This document shows, piece after piece, positions 46,038 through 57,617 of a stretch of DNA of 64,000 nt. Position numbers and translations under genes: made by a program. The stretch is from assembly GCA_029953675.1 (NCBI GenBank), contig JAMWBK010000012.1, forward strand, positions 62,001 to 126,000, given 5' to 3'. Positions within the stretch are counted from its first letter, which is position 1; each line of letters starts with the position of its first letter. Origin of the DNA: Rhodosorus marinus CCMP1338. Its lineage: Eukaryota; Plantae; Rhodophyta. The notes beneath the pieces were generated by a model that saw nothing but the letters and a program-made list of their open reading frames with translations, made no database searches and was not told the origin of the DNA.

Positions 46038-46763
46038 TTATGCGGTCTCGTCAACCATGTCCTCGTCCATGTCTGGCTCTTCCGGCCCCTCCGGCGCGGG
46101 CAACTCCGGCTCAGGCAGTTCAATGTGATCCTTGCAGATCAAAGGCACGGAGCACCTGGTGAACCAGTCGTAATCGTTCTTGCTGCACCCGTAGCCGGAG
46201 GTCGGCGGGGTGGCATAGATCTTCTTGGGCGCCCAGTCGCACTTGTTTTCGTACGCGCAGTACCACTTCTTGGCGATGACTTTGATGAACAGGCAGATGT
46301 CAGAGTTGCAGCAGCCTTCCAAATTCTCTCCTGGGTAGGCGTAGAACTCATTGAGGCAAACGTAGAGAGTGTGTGCCTTGAACAGACCGTAAGCCTTGGC
46401 CTGGAACGGATTCTTGATGTCCTTGTATGCACAGTTGGCGTCAGCTCCGGCCTTGATGGCGGAGAACTTGTAGCCGTCAGCGGCGTAGAAGTAGAACTTG
46501 ATGCACTTCTTGCCGTGGTAGTCGACGACGCTGGTGCAAACGAATCCGACCTTGCCCCATGCGCCGCCGATGAGGAGCGGGTAGCACTTCTTGTTCTCGT
46601 AGTCGTAGATCTTCACGTGGTCGTACTGATCAGCATAGTAGATGCACTTTTTCTCATGGAAGTAAGGCTTCCATGGATGGTACTCGGGTTCGTGATGGGG
46701 CTTAGCACTCGCCATACCCATCAGGGCAAATGCGGCAATCAGTAAAATCACTGCGGTCTTCAT
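46038..46763 (-). CDS. Secreted Cys/Tyr/Lys-rich protein with acidic Pro/Glu tail, unknown family
   Basis: Signal peptide MKTAVILLIAAFALMGMASA; strong GC3 codon bias; paralog of 52225-52923. Confidence 0.85.
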   Translation of the reverse strand: MKTAVILLIAAFALMGMASAKPHHEPEYHPWKPYFHEKKCIYYADQYDHVKIYDYENKKCYPLLIGGAWGKVGFVCTSVVDYHGKKCIKFYFYAADGYKFSAIKAGADANCAYKDIKNPFQAKAYGLFKAHTLYVCLNEFYAYPGENLEGCCNSDICLFIKVIAKKWYCAYENKCDWAPKKIYATPPTSGYGCSKNDYDWFTRCSVPLICKDHIELPEPELPAPEGPEEPDMDEDMVDETA

Positions 46764-46855
46764 TCTTCTCTTTTCTTCAGGATCTCTCTCTATACTGCTT
46801 AGTTTGATGATCTGAAGCTTGAACCATTCTCGCTCTGAGCCGCAAACCTCATCCC

Positions 46856-46869
46856 TTATATAGCCTTCG
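46856..46869 (-). promoter_or_regulatory. TATA-containing core promoter CGAAGGCTATATAA
   Basis: 93 bp upstream of the ATG; an identical 14-mer lies upstream of the paralog. Confidence 0.7.
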
Positions 46870-49291
46870 TCGTCGTGGAGAACCCAGCATTCCCTCCTTG
46901 TCATCCCCAATGGACTCTGTCAAATTCTCAAAGCTCCTTATTTCGTAGGGGCCTCTGATCTTAGTAGCTTGAGCGCCATCAGACGTTGATACAATACGTA
47001 GAGAACTCGATCTGACACCCTGAAGTTCTTTTCTCATCGTTCTGGAAGAGAAAAAGAAAGAATCCATCCTCATCGTTTTCCTCGACAGCAAAGTGGACCA
47101 CGAGGCTAGCGTCAGGGTACGTGAAGTGCTTGTGTCGAGAACCACCAACTATTTCTCCTAAAGGTTGGATGACAACTCGGAGAGAAAGCAGAGCGCGGCG
47201 GATGTCTAGTGAACGGACTCCATCTCCGGATCGTTTTCTGAGTCAGTAATCGGGGCATCCAGGTTGCACTGCTTCTCATCTCAGATCGAATTGAGTGAAA
47301 CTCCAGCCTTACAAAATGGCCTTTGCCATGTTCGCATTCTTCATCCTGGTGTTGAGTACGTAGAGACCGCATAGTTGGAGAGCAGTGGCGAGGTGGAGGT
47401 GTGCCCAAGCACACCGCGGCAGTTCGCCTGACATTCTCGAGTCAGTAGCGCTTAAGGAAAGAATTTGTTGTGGGTCAGCCGGGCACTTTTTCACTCCGCC
47501 GCCTCGGGCGCTCTGATGGGTGTTGTAAAACCTTACAAATCGTGTGTTTCATCCTCGTTGCGTCTCTCTTTCCAGTAAATCTGTCACCTTCGGCTACGTT
47601 AATGCAGGTAGGAACAGAAAGCGTGTTGCTTGTGAGACTGTCATGGAACAGAAAGAATCCCCATGACCTTCTAGCCGAAAGTCTAGCCTACTAGACCACA
47701 ATCTCCGATCGGTGCACTTTCTGTAAGGGGGGATTAACAGGTCTCGTTCTCTGAGCACGCACCGATACGAGGTGAGAAGGAGGGAATTTGGTTTTACTTT
47801 GGACAAAAATAAGAAACGGTGCAGGGTCGGTCTGTCTAAACCAGCCGCGTCCTTCGGTACCCTTCCCTTCTCAATGTCTCTTCCTCTCTCGACGCGATCC
47901 ATCGACCTCTATTGCACATTCACGTCTGGAAGGTCTAGCGAACAAGTACGTACAACTACGTAAGAGGACCCTCGTGCTTCGGGAGAGTTAAGTATGTTGG
48001 AGCTCTATATGTGATCTAGCCCCTCAGTCTAGTCTAGGGCTATTGACTTAGATTAGGACCGAATACGTATATATCTAGCGACAATGTAGGGTATATATCA
48101 TATATATTATATAATATAATATATGAGGCACCCTGAGGGGTTGCTTCAGAAAAAGGTAACCGTGTATGCGCATGTTGTTGGGCCTCCACGGCTCTTTAGC
48201 GCTCTGTTAGAACTTCCAGTTCCAACAACATAAAGGCATTCCATTTTCACGCAGGGAAGCCGCGAGGAGCTTGATTTGCGTCCCAGCACCTAAGAAAGGT
48301 TTTTTTTTTGTCGAACTATTTGGTATGTGAAGGACGTCCCACTTGTCGACACGGTCGAGCAAGAGTTGGCGGTTCTGCTCAAACCACAGAAGAGCTTTCT
48401 TTGGCAATGAAAAGCCTTGGTTCCTTTTCGCTCAAAAAGCATTTGAAAGCTTAAATAATTCTAGACGAAAGTCTATCCAACCAGCCCACAATCTCCGATC
48501 AGTGCGCTTTATGAATGAATTTGTTTAATCGGAGAAACCGTACTTATGAAAGTTTCTCGCGCTTTATGGAGTTGGGGGGGGCAACAATGCTTGTTCTCTG
48601 AGCCCCCACCGAAAAGCACTGATACGAAATAAATCGGGTTTGATGGGAATTGTTGCTCAGCAGACGTGTCATTACGAGATCAGGTGATCACAGACTTCAT
48701 GCATTTGTCGGCTCGCATGCCTGAACTCGTGGAGCTAATGAGCCCAAAAAAAAGATTTCAAGTTTTGAATTCGCGCTGCCGTTTCTGTAAGCGATACCTG
48801 CTATCTTTTCTTGCTGGTTGACGGCCCACTGAGATGGTAAGGCGAAGGGGGGGAAACAGGGCTCAATGTCTTTGTAAGGCAATTGTCGTTTGCTTGCCAC
48901 AAAGACGATGATCTTGCTTCGAAAACTCGTGTACTAAGTTCCAGAAAAGTTTAAAATTTCCCTGGAGAAGAGGTGCAAAGTCGCTTCGTGGCGGTTAAAA
49001 ATCTGTTCCCCCTTCACAGAAGCCTAACACTTTCGCAGCTTTTAGTTCGTTGCTTTCTCCGCTCCTCCAGCTGGCGTAGTTACCATCCTCCCTCTCAACA
49101 CGTCCTCTTCTTGCCCTTCTCGTCGCGAACACTTTTCGGGACAGTGCCTTGGCGCTCAAAAATTCAAGGTCAGGTCCATGGAAACGAGTTTCCCCAATAC
49201 GATCCACCTAGTTTCAGTTTCAATTCATTTTTGCAGGTGCTAGGCATGTAGCGGTACCCCCAACCCCCCCTTCAGCCCCTTTCTTTCCTAA

Positions 49292-49385
49292 CGAACGAAT
49301 GGTTTAATCGGAGGCTGAAAAAAAAACCCCGAGGGGAAAAAAAGACTAAGCGCGGCGAAGTACTCGCGCCTCCAACATCAAAGCT
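49292..49385 (-). mobile_element. Family B very short 3' copy
   Basis: Essentially identical to the 3' ends at 19874, 30975 and 34485. Confidence 0.9.
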
Positions 49386-52109
49386 AAAGCGCAGTATTTA
49401 TCAGACTTTGCGTGGGGTCTCCTCCGTGTCAAGGCATCACCTCGTGGAGAATTTCCAGGTCAAATTCTTTCTCGCCATACAAAAAACTAAGCAACTCGAC
49501 AATCATCTAGACTGCCAGAGGGATAAGGGGGGGGGGAGGCGGAGCAGAGAGAATTGCTCACGTCGTGAATCTGAGATGAAGAAACGTTCACGATGGCCCG
49601 GTTGATAGAGTTGACCTCCACCATCCCACCGTGGAGATCTAACAATTGACATTAAGCTGATTGGTGACAACCATTCAGCAGGAGGATGGATTCTTCCCTT
49701 GTCTTGTATTGGAAATAAAATTTCATTATTCCACGTTTCCTCAACCATTCTCCAATTGATCAGTATATCATACACATAAAGCGCTCCTAAAACTACCTTA
49801 TTTTAAATTTTGGATCCTTTTTTATGGCACTCATACGATGGACGCTAGTCGACCACGACATCCTTCTATATATTTTTCTATTTCCAGATAATCATTGACC
49901 AGTACTATTGGTCTGACTCCACGTAATAGCCAATGAAAGTAATATCATCGGATTCATTGGAAAGCAAAGATACAGGATTACAGTACGTACCCAATGGATA
50001 TGAGATGGGGATAGTAATCGATTTAATTATTTTAGTTTTTCTTATATGAGGTGAACTGTAAGATGGAGAAAGGCAACGAGAGCTGTGAGCTCGAAGGTGG
50101 CACTGTGACGGTGGGGGTGAAGGGTTTCGAGTTGATGGATACTAGGCTAGAAAAATGTGCTCAGTAAAAGAAGGCGATGATGCGGATTTGGATTTGGATT
50201 ATGAACGTGTCTGCGCTTCTTCTCTTTTTTTGTGGAATTTGGAGAGTTTTCGGGTGATGCTGATTGGCGGGCGAAAAGGTATATAGGTTGCGGAACTAAG
50301 CGACGGAAAGAGAGAGAGAGAGAACTGAGGTTGGAAGGGGAGGTCCCTTCTTCCTTCCATGCGGGAAAGATATATGTGAGCGGGAGCAAGGTTTATCTTT
50401 TGGCCCCTTTTTGGTGTTTTTTCATCCGCTGTGCGTGGCGATGGTAGTTCATGGAACGGAGCTCAAACACCTACCCACGTCCAATACCTCTTCATGATCT
50501 TTATGGCTTATAATGGTTTGGTTTATATAATGCGAAGCCGGTCCGGCTCTGAATCTGGCTAAGCCCAGTTTCTTCAATGAAACGAATACTAAACGAAAAT
50601 CAGTATACTAAGCGAAAGTGTCTCGAATTTGGTGATCTAACTGGCTTTATTGGCTTGCTTTATTAGCATAACCTGGTGATCTAACTAGCGCACTTGGCTC
50701 TTGGGCCTGACAAACTGAGGTACATGCATAGGAAAGTTTATAATCACACGTTTCTAAAGATATGAAATATTGTTTTCCGGATTCAGTTGCTTCTCTTTTG
50801 AGAAGGAGGGCTAGTCCCGATATTTGAGGTTGCATTGATTCATTCCTCTATATCTGGATTCATTAAAGCGTATCGAAGAACCTCCCCCCGGGGAAGCTCT
50901 AGATGTATATAGAGCTGATACCTGGCGTGTCTGAATTTTTGAAATATCTGCGGTGATTAATAGATGGAGACGGTAGCCTGTTAACGGTATGGGAAGTCAT
51001 GGGGTGGACAGGGTTTATGCTGCTGGGCAGAATGTTTCTATCTCCGGTGGTTACCCACGTATGTTTCACCCCAAGTCACTCAATCGATCGAAAAACAAGA
51101 CAATAAGAGAGAAAACGGCTTTCAATTGGTCACGATGACGTTTACCGGCGGAGCGGCGTTCTTGGCTTTTGAAAAGGGCTGCTTGGGTACCGATCACTTT
51201 CCACCGAGCACCACGAGCCCATTCAAGATTGAAGAGGTCTCTGCACTTTTTTAGTAAGCGTTGGCTATGGGGCTTCTCTCTAACATTCATTCACGCCTTT
51301 TCCCAGCAGCGCAAACGTTAGTTACTCATCAAGAAAGTTCACCAAAATAAAGACAAATCCAGTGCCTCAAGAAGACAAACTTCACACGCCAAGACTGTGC
51401 ATATGAGTTCGAACCAGTGCGCACGATCCCTTGTACCCTTGTATAGAAGTGACGAAAACTGTTTCGTCATCAGACAGGGGTTTGTTTGCCGATGGTATTC
51501 GAACAGGTAATGGGGGTGCTGTGTAAATTCCCAAAAGAAACGTACAGGGGGTGAAGCATTAGCAGCGCAGAAACATCTCCCCTCAACGCCCGGCCCGGGT
51601 TGATGGCTACGCATTCCCTTTTCTGAATTGGAAACAACACCACGATAAACACGGGTTTTGGGGCTGCGAATCCAACTAACCCCCCCTGACCGGGCATATC
51701 CAAGGCTATGAACTGGCTTTGAACTAGACCGTCCCAATCCCCCGGACAAACGTGCACATCTCAGAGAGATCTTTGAAGCGAGCTGGAGGGGTGGATAAGA
51801 GGGCGGAGGAGTGCGAGTGTAGTGATCAAACCCACTAACGTCAACCCCCTCCTACGTCTGTTTATTTTTTTTGAAAGTGTTCTCCTGATTTCAAGGATTT
51901 GGAAGACGAAACCTCTTTGACTTTTGATAAATACATTCTCCTCCATCCAATCCACTCCTACCGTGCTCTATGATGCCTTCTAACAGTCCAGAGGGAGACA
52001 AATATGTTCGCCAGTCGGATTTCGCTTCGTGGGGCTGAACTGTAGTCTACCGATATGTTCTCTGAGAGGTTTTGTGAGATTCATAGAGCTTTCATCATCT
52101 CCATCAGCT

Positions 52110-52123
52110 CGAAGGCTATATAA
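52110..52123 (+). promoter_or_regulatory. TATA-containing core promoter CGAAGGCTATATAA
   Basis: 102 bp upstream of the ATG at 52225. Confidence 0.7.
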
Positions 52124-52224
52124 ACACCTCTCTATCGCGGTAGATGGATGTGAAGGGAGAGTTGCAAGGCAGAGGGCCTATTGAGAGGAACAGGGCTGAA
52201 GTTTAAAAGTTGAGAGGTTCCATC

Positions 52225-52923
52225 ATGAAGACGTTTGCGATCGTTGCGATGTTGGCGTTTCTGGGCATGGCGGCTGCCCAGAATGAGAGCATAGAGGAGA
52301 ACGTCACGGCGCGTTTGAACTACCGCCCACCACCTATTAAGAAGCATTACTGCTCGTACTATGCGGACAAGTACGATGTCGTTAAGCTGTGGGGCCTCAA
52401 CAAGAAGTGCTACATTATCTATGATAGTGGAAAGTACGCCAAGCTCGGTTACGTGTGTGTCTCCATCGTGACCTACCACGGCAAGACATGTATCGCGTTC
52501 AAATTCTACGCTGCCAAGGACTACAAGTTCACTGGACTCTACGCTGGTGCTAGCGCCAACTGCAACATCCCGACGAATAACCCGTACTACGTCAAGGCCA
52601 GCCACTACTACCCCGGAAAGACTCTCTACGTCTGTTTGGATACTTTCTACGCCTATGGCCCGACCGGATGCTGCAACACCAATATCTGCCTTTACTTCAA
52701 GGTTACGGCGAAGAAGTACGTATGCAAGTACTACTACGGAAAGTTCTCCAGGCAGATCTCCAGTAGACTCAGCGGGGGACACCGCAAGCATTACAAATGC
52801 TACTACGAGCACAAGACCTATTGGGGATTCCCGTCCTACGGCATTTGCCCGAAGCAGAGCTTCTACAGCTCCTGCTCAGCGCCGCTCAAGTGCTACAACG
52901 CACCGGGACACCCGCGCTACTAG
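52225..52923 (+). CDS. Secreted Cys/Tyr/Lys-rich protein, unknown family
   Basis: Signal peptide MKTFAIVAMLAFLGMAAA; YYAD.YD.VK, KKCY, G.VC.S.V.YHGK.CI.F.FYAA, LYVCL and CCN..ICL are shared with 46038-46763. Confidence 0.85.
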   Translation: MKTFAIVAMLAFLGMAAAQNESIEENVTARLNYRPPPIKKHYCSYYADKYDVVKLWGLNKKCYIIYDSGKYAKLGYVCVSIVTYHGKTCIAFKFYAAKDYKFTGLYAGASANCNIPTNNPYYVKASHYYPGKTLYVCLDTFYAYGPTGCCNTNICLYFKVTAKKYVCKYYYGKFSRQISSRLSGGHRKHYKCYYEHKTYWGFPSYGICPKQSFYSSCSAPLKCYNAPGHPRY

Positions 52924-53219
52924 GGGCAACCTCTCCCTCCAGACGGCGTCCCTCGAGAGGGCGAATGCACGTGGAGTTCGGGGCTCACGATTGCTAGTGG
53001 TGTGCGCCGTACGCAAAAAAATTTCCTTGACAGGTTTACTTCAAGAAAGTAAAACCAAATTCAAGAAACTTACTGCCCACGAAATGAACCGCCGTCTTCT
53101 CCATCCATCCACTCACAGGGTCCTGTACCCAAGCTTCCAGTACAACATAAATCAGTTCAATGTGAGCAAATTGTTCGAAGCCCAGTGGCGTCTGACTTTG
53201 AACACAACTTTCGGCCCAA

Positions 53220-53690
53220 TGATGAATTTGTTTAATCGGAGACTGCAAGGAAAAACTCCGAAAAAAAGATTACGTGCGCCGAAGATCGCGCGCCTCCAAC
53301 ATCAAAGCAGCGTTCATACGCCACAGCAAACTTAAGCGTGCAAACAACGTGGACAGACAGTCAGGGCGTTCGCGGAACAATTCCCGATGCCAACGAGAAC
53401 CATCGGAATCCATAAAACCCAAAGCACTCCATGACCAGAGGTACCAGGCGATGAGCTAGAGCGGAAGCACAAATGGGGAAAACAAGGTCCCCGCATATTT
53501 CAGCTCTTTGCGACATCTCATACTGGCAGCGGTATTTCCACGGCGCTCTCCCGCAGCTGGCGAAAAACGACCAGCCTGAGGATTAGGTACAGTAGATCAA
53601 TGTAGGTCGTACGGCGGCTATCGTCACAGGTGACCACGAGTTCGTTCCAATACGCTTTAACAACCGGCTGGCTTTACCGGACTTACTAGA
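53220..53690 (-). mobile_element. Older family B 3' fragment
   Basis: B tail, 3'UTR and TCDDSRRTTY homology. Confidence 0.8.
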
Positions 53691-54009
53691 TCGTGGGCGT
53701 GCGAAAATCATTTTCTCATTGCTTCCCACCCAGGATTCACTCGTTATGTTCGCATCCTACTCAGAATCCGCTTCAACTGATGTGATTTCACGACAGCCTG
53801 AGACCTCAAGGCACTCCAGCTCTGATTTGACTGACCTTACTTACGGCTGTCACCGGGCCAGGAAGCGTTGGAAACACAGCTTTTTCTATTAATTCTTCTT
53901 ACGGCTTAGTACGTCAGATTCCCTGCTTTTCGGATCAAACCTAAACGGAAGCAAAAATGTGAATATCCACGAGAACACTCAAACGAAAATAGTAACGACA
54001 ATAGTAGTG

Positions 54010-57000
54010 CCTTGCAGCTCGCTCCGTTGCAATTCGCGACCGAGATCGAGGACTTACGTATCTGTGCATATCATGACGATGTGACGTTGATGGATAGCCC
54101 TTCGGACTTAGATCGGGGGTTGACCAGGATCCAAGCCCTTGTAAGCGAGGTGGGGTTGATAGTCGAACCGGAGGAGTGTTGTTTTCTCCCACCCAGACAA
54201 GCCCCCCGGGCAATCTGCCCGACGCTCTCAGGCACCTTTGCCAACCTGACGGGCTGATGCATCATGGTATTGGGCTGGGGAGTGATAGCTTCGTGCAAAC
54301 CTCCTTCGACCGAGTTTTAACGCGGCACAGGCAGCTCAGATGCCATTGAGCGCTTCCTGATGGTATGCTGTGATCGGCGTGATTGATTTCCCGCTTTCGT
54401 GGGCGTCCCCGGCTCAACTATTGGCTGCAAAGTCTTCCACCGCAATGGGGAGCGTGGATTGCTGCTAGGTGGACGAGGCGACGCAAACGCATTGGGGCAC
54501 ACTCCTAGACGCACCACTTGCTCCGGCATTGGCACCTGACATGGAACTGATACGGGCTCAGATGGCTCTACCCTTGCGCCTGGGAGGCTTTGGAGTGGAT
54601 GACCGGCTTCTTGTCTGCTCGACTGCGACAGTAGCAACCTGGGCCACCGCTCTTCATACCCTTGTGGGACTTAGGTTCCGCAGTGCCTGTCTTTTAAGTG
54701 GACTTTACTAGCATAGCCTGAAGCGCTACGCAAGGCGTGAAGATGAACTAATAACTAGGGAGGCAAGCATGCAACCCCAGGCGCCGATGGCGCGCCTCGG
54801 AAAGCATGTCGCTGGAATATCGCCAAAGGGAGACACTTAAACGCCTCAAGAGCGCCAAATATTCAGTAGGATGCTCAGCAAAACATTTCCGCAACCACTC
54901 TAAACCCGACTTATCCACGTGACCAAAGCTTTCCACAATGAATGGCTGGAACCGGTGAGAGCGACCCTCAGCGCAAGGCAGACTGGCCATGCTCTCAGCA
55001 TACCGTCGTTCCTTAACTCTTCGAAGGGCTGAAGCCGCGGCCCCCCGGCGGCGGGCGGCTGCGGTGAGGTGGGCGCTGGCCACGGGGCAGGTAATCGCAA
55101 GGTCCACATATGTTGAGCGTCTGGCAGCAGCGTCGGAGACGAGGAGATCGGCTATACAACGGGGCGGTGCAGAGTCCGAGATGGATCTGGGCAGTTCCGA
55201 CTCAACCTCAACCGTATGCCCTATCCGAGTCAAAGATTCGCTGAGGATGTACTTGAGGCGAGTGTGACGCCTCGTACGGAGACCTCGCAACAGTCCGCAG
55301 GAACCCAGGAAGTGGTAGCCACAAGCGTCAATCCGGCTCTCACATCCCTGACAGAAAGACGGCCGATTAGAGTGCCACGGAGCCTGTGGCAAACCGAGAT
55401 AGATCCGTGCGGCAGAACGGAAATGGAAAGCATCGAGACGATGACTCAATGACGACGGTAGAGTGGTTAACCACAAGTGCGAGAGGTGGCCTCCCATGCC
55501 GCGGAGACGAGCGGCAGTGGTAGGCGGCGTGAGAGGAGAATTGAGCATGACTGTGTGAGCGGCACTGTGTTGGCCCCAGGTGAGGCTATGTTGAATCACA
55601 TCAGTGCGGGAGCTCCACAATCGGCTCAAACCCGGGTAGTCTGCAACAGGGGACCCGGGGCTAGCCTCTCCGTCATCGGCAAGAACTCGGTCGAGGGGAG
55701 AATCCTCAATCGCTTCAGCTCGTCCCCATAACAGCTCCCCCCAGGAACGAAAGCGGGACCGATTTGCGTCCGGCACGGCGTTGCACCTCCTGAACGCGTG
55801 TTGAAGACCATCATAAATTGTCAAAAGCGGGGGCGGCAGGGTCACTGGATCCTCGTTGGTCAAAGCTCGAGCCAAGAGGCAGGCACTTCGCATCCGGAAG
55901 GTCACCAACGTTCGCAGCGCGGTAGCCCAGGAGGCAACCGCCGCTGGCGAGCATACCAGCCCACGGTCTGCGACGCCGAATCCCCCTAATCGCAACGGTA
56001 GAGCGATCTGTGCACGAATAAAGTCCCTGTCGGGAGCAGCTTCAAGATCGAGGGGCTTTTAAGTTGGGCGATGACGAACGATTACCCAGTCAACCTTCCG
56101 CCGCCGGTACTGCGCATCTATGACGGCCTGCTACAGTCGTTTCGTCGGTCAATGCCGTGCCGGAAGAGAATCGATCTAATTTCAGTTCCTGGAAGGAGAT
56201 GCTATGGGGACGCAATGAATCTGTAGTGGAATCTTCGGTTAATCGCGTACTGGCCGACGATGGAGAAGCCAGCCGACAGTCACCCGCGGCCGATTACCCC
56301 GGTATGAGCAGATCGTGGAGCTCCCGCACTGATGTGACCCAACATAGCCTCACTTGGGGCCAATACAGTGCTGCCACGCAATCGTGCTCAACTCACCACT
56401 TACTCCGCCTACCACTGCGGCTCGTCTACGGAGCATGGGGGGCCATCTATCCCACCTATGGCTAACCACTCTGCCCTCGTCACCGGGCCAACGACTGGAC
56501 ACCTTCCAGTTCCGGACTGCGGCACGCATCTACTCGGATTTGCCACGGGCCCCCGCGCATTCTAATCGCCCTTCCTTCTGCCAAGGATGTGCGAGCCGTA
56601 TCGACGGATGTGGGTACCATTTCCTGGGCTCCTGCGGACCACTGCGAGGTAATCGCACGAAGAGACACATGCGCCTGAAATACATCCTGACCGAATATTT
56701 GACAAGAGTTGGCTACACAGTCGAGGTGGAATCGGCACTGCTAGTACACCCTCCGCAACCACCTCTACTCGTCGCATCGCAGATCTCCTGCTCTCGGACG
56801 CAACCGCCATATGCTCAGCATATGTGGACCTCGCTGTCGCTTGCTCCGTGTCCTGTAGATATCTGATGTGATTCAACATAGCCTCACCTGGGGCCAAAAC
56901 AGTGCCGCTCACGCAATCTTGCTCAACTCTCCACTCACACCGCCTACCACCGCCGCTCGCCTCCGCGGCATGGGAGGCCATCTATCACATTTGTGGTTAA

Positions 57001-57617
57001 CGACCCTGCCGTCAGCTCTGGGTCACCGTCTGGATGCCTTCCAGTTTCGCTCTGCCGCACGGATTTACCTGGGTTTGCCACAAGCTCCGTGGCACTCTAA
57101 TTGGCCGTCTTTCTGTCAGGGATGTGAGAGTCGGATCGATGCTTGTGGTTACCATTTCTTAGGTTCATGCGGACTGTTGAGAGGTCTTCGTACGAGGCGT
57201 CACACTCGCTTCAAGTACATCCTCAGCGAATGTTTGACTCGGGTAGGGCATACGGTTGAGGTGGAATCGGAACTGCCAAGATCCGTCTCGGATGGGGCAC
57301 CGCCCCGCTGTATCGCAGATCTCCTCGTCTCCGATGCTGCCGCCAGACGCTCAGCATATGTTGATCTCGCGATTACATGCCCTGTGGCAAGCGCCCATCT
57401 CACGGCTGCCGCCCGCCGCCGGCGAGCAGATGTTTCGGCTCTTCGCCGCGTGAAGGAACGACGGTATGCTGAGAGTATGGCCAGCCTGGCTCGCGCTGAG
57501 GGTCGCTCCCACCGGTTCCAGCCTTTCATTGTGGAAAGCTTTGGTCACGTGGAGAAGCCGGGTTTGGAGTGGTTGCGGAAATGTTTCACTGAGCATCCTG
57601 TTGAATACTGGACTGGA
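54010..57617 (+). mobile_element. Older family A subfamily sequence (54010-54699, 56056-56850, second copy 56866-57617; final piece 62440-62610)
   Basis: YHDD RT region and RLE region; reading frames rejoin across the two antisense insertions. Confidence 0.85.
54700..56055 (-). mobile_element. Family A 5'-truncated young copy, 1356 bp
   Basis: TSD CTTTTAAGT at 54691-54699 and 56056-56064. Confidence 0.95.

Noticed and set aside
48090-48125. TA-rich stretch as a regulatory element
   Set aside because: Simple low-complexity TA sequence with no linked gene.
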